Source: a bacterium (GTDB lineage Bacteria; UBP15; UBA6099; JAJRTR01). From it: a stretch of DNA of 64,000 bases. Below are positions 52,728 through 61,471 of this stretch, piece after piece. Position numbers and translations under genes: made by a program. The stretch's first letter is position 1, and the number at the start of each line of letters is the position of its first letter. The stretch spans positions 1-64,000 of the forward strand of contig JAJRTR010000052.1 of assembly GCA_024278215.1 (NCBI GenBank), given 5' to 3'. The notes beneath the pieces are model-generated. The model searched no databases. It was given only the letters and a program-made list of their open reading frames with translations, and had not been told where the DNA came from.

Positions 52728-53366
52728 ATGATAAAAGTATTAGTGGTCGACGACCATGAGCTTGTAAGGGCGGGCATCACCATGCTGATTGATGCTATAG
52801 ACGACATTCATGCAGTTGCGGAAGCGGGAACCGGCCATGAAGCCGTGCGGCTTTGCGAGAAAGAAAAACCGGATGTTGTCCTTCTCGATCTCGATCTCCC
52901 GGATATCGACGGTTTTGAAGTTACGCAGCAGATTCTCGCGATGAATCCCGATGTGAAGATTCTTGTGCTGACTATGCACGACAGCGAGGAGTTTTCCGAG
53001 CGGATTATGAAAATGGGCGCTGCGGGCTATATTATAAAAGGAATATCTCCCCAGGAATTGCCGAACGCTATAAGGAAGGTCTACAGCGGTGGCAAATACG
53101 TCTCGTCTTCGATAATGGAGAAAATGGCCTTCAGCAAAATTGATAAAGATAAGGAATCGCCTTTGCAGCTATTATCCGACAGGGAACTCCAGGTTCTCAT
53201 CAGACTCGCGAAGGGAGGAGAACAATCGGAGATAGCCGACGAGTTGTGCATCAGCATCAGCACCGTCGGCACTTACAGGCAAAGAATATTCGACAAGCTT
53301 GGTTTCAGAAACATTGCGGAACTGGTTCACTTTTCCATCAGAAACAAAGTGATCGATAACTTTTGA
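52728..53366 (+). CDS. NarL/LuxR family response regulator
   Basis: VDDHELVRAG, LLDLDLP, LSDRELQVL, TVGTYRQRIFDKL. Confidence 0.95.
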   Translation: MIKVLVVDDHELVRAGITMLIDAIDDIHAVAEAGTGHEAVRLCEKEKPDVVLLDLDLPDIDGFEVTQQILAMNPDVKILVLTMHDSEEFSERIMKMGAAGYIIKGISPQELPNAIRKVYSGGKYVSSSIMEKMAFSKIDKDKESPLQLLSDRELQVLIRLAKGGEQSEIADELCISISTVGTYRQRIFDKLGFRNIAELVHFSIRNKVIDNF

Positions 53367-53374
53367 GTTTTATA

Positions 53375-53495
53375 CCTAACGCGGCATGACCGGAACCAAA
53401 AAGGTCGCATTTTCGTGCCCAAACAAATGCGGTTTGAGCACGGCACACGGTCTATAGTTTGAGCACGGCACACAGAGGTTCATCGTTCCTGCCAT
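53375..53495. repeat. Repeat family F
   Basis: CCTAACGCGGCATGACCGGAACC...TTTTCGTGCCCAAACAAATGCGGTTTGAGCACG; inverse of about 61075-61171; internal duplication GTTTGAGCACGGCACAC. Confidence 0.8.
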
Positions 53496-53697
53496 CTATC
53501 TATTTTTCATCGTTCCCAGGGTCTTCATTGGAAACGCCTTTACTGGAAGTTCCAGCTTCCACCAATCTCTTTTTCATCGTTTTTTTACCATCCTGCGTAG
53601 CATTTCATATGTTCAGGCAGGGTACGGTGACCCCGCCTACACTAAAAACGTCAATACAAAGTTGATTCGTGTATAATTATCCGTTTTCAATTCTTAT

Positions 53698-56433
53698 CTA
53701 CTTTTCACCATTTTTCTGCAATTCACTGAGTGTACCGCCGATACCTTGATCGTCCAGCAGTCGCAGGACCCCCTTGCTGATCTGGTCGCCCTGAGCAGCA
53801 ATATAGACATTTGAGTTGATGAGAATGTCTTCCCTTGTCATTTCGGTAAGGTTCCTGGCGAAATCGGCGTCTTCGATGCGACTGTTGGCTGCCATGAGGT
53901 TTATCTTCTCGACGCTGAGTTCGTCCATAACATGATAAAGTTTTCTCTCTTCGATGCCCATCGCCGCCCTGAGGTCGGACACATTATTGATGGCGTCATT
54001 GAATTTTTTGATGGGGTCCATTCCGGTCTGTATCATAAGAGAGTCTATCTGCGGGGAAACCGAAGGGGTATAGCTGTAGACATCGGGAGCCACCACAAGA
54101 TTAGCCGGCGTCGAGACCATAGTGCCGCGCACCTGTACATAAGGTTTCCCGGCGGGTGTCGTGAAGTCTGTCACACCGGAGCCGGCGGTTATAAGCTGGT
54201 CTGTCCAGTTGATGCCGTCGGAGCTTGCCCATACGTCGAATCCTGTTACTGCGTCATTGGTAACGCCGACAATACTTGCATCTATATTATCACCCACATA
54301 AGCGGGGTTGGTTCTGTAGGAACCGTTCGGCAAGTATTCGAAGAACCTGTGGCCGGTAATTTCATTGTTCCAGCCGGGATTGCTGTCAAGACTGTCCGCG
54401 ATCTGGGTTGTACCGTAGAAAATATCCATCTCATTTACGGGGCCGCCGTCTGTCCTGCCGCCGCCCATTACACGTTCGACATTCGACATGCGGAATGACG
54501 CATCCGGCTGTGCATTGAATTTAATAGTGAATCCATCCATCTGTCCGCCGGTTGCCATGTCGCAGTAAACTTCTTCATAAGCGCCGGCCTGCGTTATATC
54601 CGAGTTCGGTATCGAATCATAATTAGTCCTGCTTCCGGTTACTCCATAAACGCCGTCCCGGTATCCGGACAACCCGGCACTTAATGCCGGTTCTCCGACA
54701 CTATCTCCCTGGTCGCCGGTCCAGTCTGTACTGAGCGTGGTTATCTCGTCGATAGTGACAGCGCCGCTGCCGTCGAATACGGAAAAGTATGATTGCCATA
54801 TCACACTGCCCAGCGCGCCCCCGCCCCAGTACCTGACGGAAACTGTATAATCGATCGAACCGTCCGTCTGTGGATTCGCCGTGTTGACACTTATAACAAT
54901 GGAGTGTGTATTCGCTTTATCGGGAGAACTTGTTGTTTTTACATCGGTGCCGAGTTGCAGATATCCAGGGTTTCCGCTTGGATCGACATCGACCATGTTG
55001 TTGAGACTGCTCATCCACTCCTGTTGCGTGTCGATCAGGAGTGCTGCTCCGGTCCGGTCCGTCAGCTTGAGATTCGAGAGCCCCAGTGCATTCGCGTGCA
55101 GATTCAGGGCCGAGAGGTTGTCTCTCCAATTATCGCCGTTATCTGAGCCAATCTGGATCGAACCGGGGTCCGACAACTGGAGTGAAAGGTCGGTGACGGC
55201 CGGTGTGCCGTACTGTACTCCGTTGCTGTTAAGCGTAATCTCGGCCCGCAGGTATCGCTGATTGTAGTCAAAAGTAGCGCCGTTGTCGGTTATGGGAAGG
55301 GCGGTCCAGTCGCCGGGGAAAGCGGGATTGCCCGTCGCGCTTTCGTAAAGAACGATCTGCGCGCCCTGTCCGCCGGTGATAATGGAGTTATAGTTGAGAA
55401 CCGCCTGTCCGCCTGATGTTCTCGTGTCGATAGGGGCGGTGTAATAGGATGCGGGGTTGGCAGCGATGTCTGTGAAATATTGCGAATAGAAAACCGCCGG
55501 TCTGGTGTCGCCAAGGAGCGTGGAGCCGAAATACATTGCTACCGGTTCATTGTTTCTGTTTGTAAGCTGAAGGTCCCATTTCGAGCCGACATCGACCTCT
55601 ATGTCGACAGAAGCGAGTGTGCTGAAACTATTGGTGGCGGTTCTGTCGAAGGTAATTGTATTGCCTGCAATTACACAATTGCTGGCGTTCGAGAGGTTTG
55701 CTCCCGCTTCGAAAGTCAGCGTTCCCTTCAACTGGCCGGTACCACCGACAGTCTCACCACCGATATAGAGTCTTGCGGTATATTTTCCTGTTGTCGGGTC
55801 GTAGCCGCTGCCGGGGGCGCTGCCGTCTACCCATATATCCATCGTGTCGTCATTTATGTCGCCTATCGGATTGTTCCAGTGTGCCTGTGTGTTCCAGTCC
55901 TGATATGCGAGCTGCACATTGCCGGGTGCGCTGTTCAGGTCTATTAAAGACGAGTCGTAAACAGCGTTGGCGGACGCCCAGTCGGCCTGGGAGTCGAAAG
56001 TATATTGTTGGCCTGTCGCTCCGCTCAGCAGTTGTTTGCTGTTGAATGTAACCGTTTCGGAAAGCCTGTCGATTTCGGCGAGGATGGAATCGACTTCGTC
56101 CTGCATGTCCTGTATGTCCGACGAGGATAGAGTGGCTTCGTTGGATGCCCTTACGGCCAGATCGCGGCCCCGCTGCAACAGGCTGTGTATCTCTTTCATG
56201 CCGCCTTCCGCCGTCTGGATCATGGATAAAGCGTCCTGCGTGTTCTGTATCGCTGTGTTTAATCCGCCTATGGTGGCACGCAGATTCGAGGATATGGCTA
56301 TTCCGTGCGGGTCGTCCGCACCGCGGTTTATCCTTAGCCCCGACGAAAGTCTTTCCTTTATCGTTCCTGTTTTAGTGAAATGAGCTCTTCTGTCGTTATT
56401 ATTGACCATGGCCCAAAGACTATTGATTTCCAT
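53698..56433 (-). CDS. Large flagellin (911 aa) with two inserted beta-rich modules
   Basis: ERLSSGLRINRGADDPHGIAIS, IQTAEGG, TFNSKQLLSG; C-terminal LRAAMG, NSRIEDADFA. Confidence 0.9.
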   Translation of the reverse strand: MEINSLWAMVNNNDRRAHFTKTGTIKERLSSGLRINRGADDPHGIAISSNLRATIGGLNTAIQNTQDALSMIQTAEGGMKEIHSLLQRGRDLAVRASNEATLSSSDIQDMQDEVDSILAEIDRLSETVTFNSKQLLSGATGQQYTFDSQADWASANAVYDSSLIDLNSAPGNVQLAYQDWNTQAHWNNPIGDINDDTMDIWVDGSAPGSGYDPTTGKYTARLYIGGETVGGTGQLKGTLTFEAGANLSNASNCVIAGNTITFDRTATNSFSTLASVDIEVDVGSKWDLQLTNRNNEPVAMYFGSTLLGDTRPAVFYSQYFTDIAANPASYYTAPIDTRTSGGQAVLNYNSIITGGQGAQIVLYESATGNPAFPGDWTALPITDNGATFDYNQRYLRAEITLNSNGVQYGTPAVTDLSLQLSDPGSIQIGSDNGDNWRDNLSALNLHANALGLSNLKLTDRTGAALLIDTQQEWMSSLNNMVDVDPSGNPGYLQLGTDVKTTSSPDKANTHSIVISVNTANPQTDGSIDYTVSVRYWGGGALGSVIWQSYFSVFDGSGAVTIDEITTLSTDWTGDQGDSVGEPALSAGLSGYRDGVYGVTGSRTNYDSIPNSDITQAGAYEEVYCDMATGGQMDGFTIKFNAQPDASFRMSNVERVMGGGRTDGGPVNEMDIFYGTTQIADSLDSNPGWNNEITGHRFFEYLPNGSYRTNPAYVGDNIDASIVGVTNDAVTGFDVWASSDGINWTDQLITAGSGVTDFTTPAGKPYVQVRGTMVSTPANLVVAPDVYSYTPSVSPQIDSLMIQTGMDPIKKFNDAINNVSDLRAAMGIEERKLYHVMDELSVEKINLMAANSRIEDADFARNLTEMTREDILINSNVYIAAQGDQISKGVLRLLDDQGIGGTLSELQKNGEK

Positions 56434-56488
56434 AAAGCGCTCTCCCTTACCGTCACGCGACAGGTTCTGTGTTTAGTATTAGTTATTA

Positions 56489-56595
56489 AAACTGTGCGTT
56501 TTTCGATATCGTGTGTAAATTTCGTGGACATGACCGGGATTTGCCCTTATCGTGTCCCCGGAAATACAATTGCCTTTTACAAAAACGCACAAGTT
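56489..56595. repeat. Repeat family B, internally deleted derivative
   Basis: AAACTGTGCGTTTTTC...GGACATGAC...CCTTTTACAAAAACGCACAAGTT; an isolated right end also lies at about 43735-43757. Confidence 0.7.
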
Positions 56596-56843
56596 TCAGT
56601 TAGTTACGCATTACGGTAATACTTTGACATGTGAGCGCCAGCCTGAAAGCAAACTCCTCGGGGTTAGCATACCCCGGAATGCAACACTTTAAACATGACG
56701 GCACAATTAACTAATTGTCAAAACCAACAGCACACTATGTGTACCGTACGCCGCCCAATACATAAATATAGTAGTAGTTTTTTGCTTCAATATATACCAA
56801 TCCACAGACTGCACGTGAACGTTATATAAATCCACTATTCTTT

Positions 56844-56870
56844 ATATCGGAATTATTAAGAAAAAGTTTA
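56844..56870 (-). promoter_or_regulatory. Sigma28 (FliA/SigD)-like promoter facing the large flagellin gene
   Basis: Minus strand TAAA-CTTTTTCTTAATAAT(15 nt)-TCCGATAT. Confidence 0.7.
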
Positions 56871-56898
56871 GTATTTATTTCAAAAAGTGTTGCTTACC

Positions 56899-57028
56899 AG
56901 CCAATTGCAAATTATGTTTGCAGCGAGAGAACGGACGGAATTGCTCCGGGCAAGACGGATGCAAAGAAACGCAATGTCCACGACATGCTCCCGAAAGTGG
57001 CGTGGCCCGCATATTTCATAAATCCGGG
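56899..57028. repeat. Degenerate family A left end plus family D hairpin
   Basis: AGCCAATTGCAAATTATGTT...GCAAGACGGA; CCCGCATATTTCA. Confidence 0.6.
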
Positions 57029-57235
57029 GTACCCCTGGGAGGACGACTTTACGGTAAAGTTTTGTCGCCGATCAGGTTTTTATGGATACGGGAGATCTCA
57101 GCTTGCGTGTTCCGGATGAGAGCCTCGGAACGATGAAAAGCGGGTTCCGGTTCTCATCTCATTTCCAGAGATCGGCAGCGATGTAATAACGGATGAGACT
57201 TTCCCACTCGCCGACAAGCATATATAATCTGCACT

Positions 57236-58867
57236 ATGACAAGACGATATGGTTCCAACAGGAGACCGCCTGCAGGACGAGGCGGCGCTTCGTTTGCCCC
57301 CCGCTACAAAGCGGGCGCGACCAATAAGGACCACCGCGGCGATGAAATCGCAGGCGGGCGCGTTTCCAATGTTACCGAACTGCCGAAGGAAGACGCGGGC
57401 CTGCAAAGCCGCATCGAGCTGTACGAGTTCCAGTTGCGCAACCTCAGGCGCGAACTCGAACAGATAAAAATGCAGTCCATAATTGAAAACCTTGGTGGAG
57501 AAAGCGCCACCTGGCTCACCAGTGACTGCCCGGAGCCCGACTTCGACGACGATCTTTTCGACCGGGTTCTTGACTTCTCTGATCTTGACGGAAATGCTTC
57601 GTACAACGAGATCTGCGAATATGCGGCGCACGGTTACGAGGAAGTCGACGCGCCCGAACCGGCGCTACTGCCCGCGACTACCCGTCGCAATTCCTTCCCC
57701 GGCATGACTCCCGACGCGACCGCCGCTGTTTTTAAATTGTCCGCCATGCTTTCTGAAGCGGAAACAAGGAACCGCGTGCAGGAAATCCTGATCCATCATC
57801 TTTCCGAAAAATTAAAACATACGCTGTCGGACCCGCGACCGGCACTCGCCTGTCATCTCCATGACAGGCTCGAGCCCGCTACTGTGCCGGCGGAAGCGGC
57901 TCCGCCGGAAAACAAACATAATGCCGTCCCCGATGAATTCGACGACATGCGCTTACTGGAACAGAATAATCAGCCTGTATACCTGTTCGAACTCGCTCAT
58001 GCCGCGGAAATAATAATGGAAATGGAACAGCGGACAGCAGACATGCGGGAAGTGATCGAACATTCCGAAGAAGTCTGCACGCGCCTTATGGAAGAAAATG
58101 GCGCACTGGCGGCGTCGAACTCCGATTTGCGTGACCAGCTCGCGGATTTCCACAAACATATTGACCGCCATTTCTCGGAACAGCTGGAATTGATGCGGCA
58201 ACACATGGAAGCGGAGTTCGCGAAAAAACGGGAAAATCTCGAAATGGAATTCGAGAAACTCCTCGACATGGAACGCGACTGGCGCCTTGAAATACAGAAC
58301 CGTGCAGACCTCGCATCCGAAGAAGCGATAAGGTTGAAAACGGAACTTGACGAACAGAATAAACAGGTGGAAAAACTGCTTGATGAAAATGCCTACTTCC
58401 GGGTTCTCGTGCATGAATTGAAAAGGGGTGCAGACAATAGGACCGGCGCGCCGCAGAGGGAAACAGGTGCTATTCGCCCGGAAGAAGTACATGTCGAGGA
58501 GATAGAGAAACTGATCGAAGTGCAGCCCGTGCCGCTCGATGTCTTCAAAAAGCAACTCGAAGAAGTGCTCGACGCGGCGAAGGACAACATCAACCTTGAA
58601 ACGCTACTGAGACTGCGGAAAACAATTATTCATTCGCGAAGAGCCGACGACGGAATAAACGCACTGTTGAGGTTGCTCGAAACAGACGGGAACCACGCGC
58701 TTCTGCCGTCTGTCTGTGTGCTTATCGGCGAACTATACATGACGACCGGCAGGATGGAAGAGGCGGAATATTATCTTTCGCACCCGCTGGCGGGAAACGA
58801 TGCCACGGCACAGGCGCTAATGAAAAATATTCCGATGGACAGGCTGGAGAAGCGCTCCCGACAGTAA
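57236..58867 (+). CDS. Hypothetical coiled-coil protein with a helical (TPR-like) C-terminus
   Basis: 543-aa ORF, E/L/R-rich heptads; LIGELYMTTGRMEEAEYYL. Confidence 0.65.
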   Translation: MTRRYGSNRRPPAGRGGASFAPRYKAGATNKDHRGDEIAGGRVSNVTELPKEDAGLQSRIELYEFQLRNLRRELEQIKMQSIIENLGGESATWLTSDCPEPDFDDDLFDRVLDFSDLDGNASYNEICEYAAHGYEEVDAPEPALLPATTRRNSFPGMTPDATAAVFKLSAMLSEAETRNRVQEILIHHLSEKLKHTLSDPRPALACHLHDRLEPATVPAEAAPPENKHNAVPDEFDDMRLLEQNNQPVYLFELAHAAEIIMEMEQRTADMREVIEHSEEVCTRLMEENGALAASNSDLRDQLADFHKHIDRHFSEQLELMRQHMEAEFAKKRENLEMEFEKLLDMERDWRLEIQNRADLASEEAIRLKTELDEQNKQVEKLLDENAYFRVLVHELKRGADNRTGAPQRETGAIRPEEVHVEEIEKLIEVQPVPLDVFKKQLEEVLDAAKDNINLETLLRLRKTIIHSRRADDGINALLRLLETDGNHALLPSVCVLIGELYMTTGRMEEAEYYLSHPLAGNDATAQALMKNIPMDRLEKRSRQ

Positions 58868-58918
58868 CCTGTGCCACGCGCGATCCCGCCTGCGTCCGGA
58901 CGATAATACATACAAACT

Positions 58919-59929
58919 ATGGCGATCCCCGACACAAAAAACCGAACCGCCGCGATAATACCGAATTATAACGGCGCAAAGTTTTTGCGACCATGCCTCG
59001 ACGCGCTCCTCGCACAGGAGCCTTCACTGCCTGACATTATCGTCGTGGACAACTGCTCGACAGACGATTCCGTGGAGATCGTCAAAAACGAATATCCCGG
59101 AGTTCATCTCATAGCGATGGAAACGAACGCGGGTTTTGCGAAGGCGGTAAACCGCGGCATCAGGGCGTGTGGACATGAATACGTCGCGCTGGTGAACAAC
59201 GACACGGAAGTGTGGCCGGGCTGGCTGGCGGCGCTCGAGAGGTTCCTCGACGAGAATCAGGATGCCGCCGCCTGTGCCCCCAAAGTCATTTTCCATACAG
59301 GTGAAAACAGGCTGGATTCCGCCGGCGACGCTATTACTCCCTATGGTTTTGTATACAAGATCGGGCACTTCGAAATTGACGAAGGCCGGTACGACAGCGT
59401 GCGTGAAGTCTTCGCTGTTTCCGCCGTCGCCACGATTTACCGCAGGTGCATGTTCGATGATGTCGGGTTTTTCGAAGAAGAATTCTTTGCCTATTATGAG
59501 GATGTCGACCTGTGTTTCCGAGCACGGCTCGTCGGAAAGAAATTCTATTACAATCCCGCCGCCGTTACATTTCATCACTATTCGGCGACATCCGGCAGCA
59601 AGATGAAACTCGGCACGGAAGAAGTATACATACACCTGACGGGCACCTGGATAAAAAACGTGCCGCGCAGGATGTTCATAAGGCATTTCCCCTCGATATT
59701 GTTGTTTCACTCTGTGATCTTCGCCGCCGTCGCCACCGCGCGACTCAGAACAAAAGCACGCCTGCCGCGCGTACCGGTTTTTCGCCTGCTGCGCACTATG
59801 CTGCGAAAAAGAAAAACTGTGCAGGCGGCGGCAACAGCGACAACCGCCGAGTTGGAAAAGATCATGTCGCCTGTCTCCGTATGGCAGGCGCTCGGCACCC
59901 GGTTTATGAAAAGCATAGGGAGAAGTTGA
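58919..59929 (+). CDS. Glycosyltransferase family 2
   Basis: IPNYNG, VVDNCSTDDS, NAGFAKAVNRG, VNNDT, FFAYYEDVDLCFR. Confidence 0.92.
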   Translation: MAIPDTKNRTAAIIPNYNGAKFLRPCLDALLAQEPSLPDIIVVDNCSTDDSVEIVKNEYPGVHLIAMETNAGFAKAVNRGIRACGHEYVALVNNDTEVWPGWLAALERFLDENQDAAACAPKVIFHTGENRLDSAGDAITPYGFVYKIGHFEIDEGRYDSVREVFAVSAVATIYRRCMFDDVGFFEEEFFAYYEDVDLCFRARLVGKKFYYNPAAVTFHHYSATSGSKMKLGTEEVYIHLTGTWIKNVPRRMFIRHFPSILLFHSVIFAAVATARLRTKARLPRVPVFRLLRTMLRKRKTVQAAATATTAELEKIMSPVSVWQALGTRFMKSIGRS

Positions 59930-60119
59930 GTAAAGACAACATTGCAGCCATGTGATGCAGGATAGCGGGTTCCTGTTCAGTTCCGGCTATGCCGTGTCGG
60001 GAAGCGCGACCGGGGTTTGCCATTGAATTGCGCATCGTGTCGATTGTTGAAAAACGAAGCTGTGGAAGCGGATAATAACAATACAACAGTAATGTGTCAC
60101 AAGGAAAGGCGACGGGACA

Positions 60120-60935
60120 ATGGATGAAAAGAAAGCCCCCGCAGAAGTAAAGGAAGAAGTTCGCAGGTACTGGGACCGCCGTGCGTGTGGCACGGAACAC
60201 GGCAAATCCGAAAAGTTCAGCCGCGAATATTTCGACGAGATCGAAGAGAAAAGATACTCCATCGAGAAGGAAATCTTTTCGTTTGCGGAGTTTACGAGAT
60301 TTCACGGGAAAAGAGTGCTCGAGGTGGGCGTCGGAGCGGGCAGCGACTTCACGCAGTGGGTGCGGGCAGGCGCTGAAGCATACGGTGTCGATCTGACACA
60401 GGAAGCAGTCGATCATGTGAAACACCGTCTGGCGGTCTATGGCCTCGAAGCCGCGGATTTCAAAGTTTCGGACGCCGAAAACCTGCCGTTCGAGGATAAT
60501 TTCTTCGACCTTGTCTACTCGTGGGGCGTCATCCACCACACACCCGACACGGAAAAGGCATTCTCCGAAATCGTGCGGGTGACAAAACCGGGCGGCAGAA
60601 TAAAACTCATGCTTTATAACCGCCGCTCGCTCTGGGCGTTCTGGCTCTGGGCACAACACGCGCTGCTGAAGGGCAGGCCGTTCCAGAGCTTCGGAAAAGT
60701 TATCTATTACCACATGGAAAGCCTCGGCACAAAGGCATACACACGAAAGGAAGTGCGCGCGATGGCAGCCGCGCACCCTGTCGGAATAACCCGCATCCGC
60801 ACTCCGGTCAACGAATATGAACTTTACAAATACAAACCCGTTTTGAGGACAATCGCATACCTGCTCGCCTGCATATTCGGATTCGAAACCGCCGGCTGGT
60901 TTATGATGATCGACTATGTGAAAGAAAGTGAATAG
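60120..60935 (+). CDS. Class I SAM-dependent methyltransferase
   Basis: VLEVGVGAG, DAENLPFEDNFFDLVYSWGVIHHT, RVTKPGG. Confidence 0.92.
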   Translation: MDEKKAPAEVKEEVRRYWDRRACGTEHGKSEKFSREYFDEIEEKRYSIEKEIFSFAEFTRFHGKRVLEVGVGAGSDFTQWVRAGAEAYGVDLTQEAVDHVKHRLAVYGLEAADFKVSDAENLPFEDNFFDLVYSWGVIHHTPDTEKAFSEIVRVTKPGGRIKLMLYNRRSLWAFWLWAQHALLKGRPFQSFGKVIYYHMESLGTKAYTRKEVRAMAAAHPVGITRIRTPVNEYELYKYKPVLRTIAYLLACIFGFETAGWFMMIDYVKESE

Positions 60936-60958
60936 CAGGCTGAATGAAAGTTATCGTA

Positions 60959-61408
60959 TACCGGGGCCATGACCGGAACCGGTGTGGACGAGTGTGAGTG
61001 CGATGACAGCGGGAACGATGAAACGACCGATGTTTTGTCCCGATTGAAGTGCCCATCAACGAGTGTGAGTGCAATGACAGCTGGAACGATGAAACTGCGT
61101 GTGACGTGCTCAAACCGCATTTGTTTGGGCACGAAAATGCGGCTTTTGGGTTCCGGCTGCGCCGGGTCAGGCTTACCCCGCATATTTCACCAATGCGGGC
61201 TATGTCCAATTGCAGCCGACCGCAGCAGAATCAGACTTTTGCAAATGGCTCTATTGAACGAATGATGAATGCAATCTATAATGTGTTATTATTGAACTTG
61301 TGCGTTCAACATGTTTATTACGCATAAGCAGGAGATTCTTCATGTCCGTCTCGGAATGACACACTTCCATCACGCAGGTGGTAATGCTGAAAGAAGTGAA
61401 GCATCTCG
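60959..61408. repeat. Composite repeat cluster: F (60959-61171), D (61177-61199), A right end (61207-61251), E-like REP (about 61331-61408)
   Basis: Each part matches copies elsewhere in the window; F has a 37-bp internal direct repeat ACGAGTGTGAGTGCRATGACAGCKGGAACGATGAAAC. Confidence 0.8.
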
Positions 61409-61471
61409 CTTTTCAAAAACGTAAAGGTCCGGATTTTGAATGAACCGGTAAAGATCGGGTGGTTCAGGAAA

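Noticed and set aside
60988-61095. 37-bp direct repeat with a ~34-bp spacer, resembling a minimal CRISPR array
   Set aside because: Only two units, no cas genes, and it sits inside repeat family F, whose other copy shares part of the unit.
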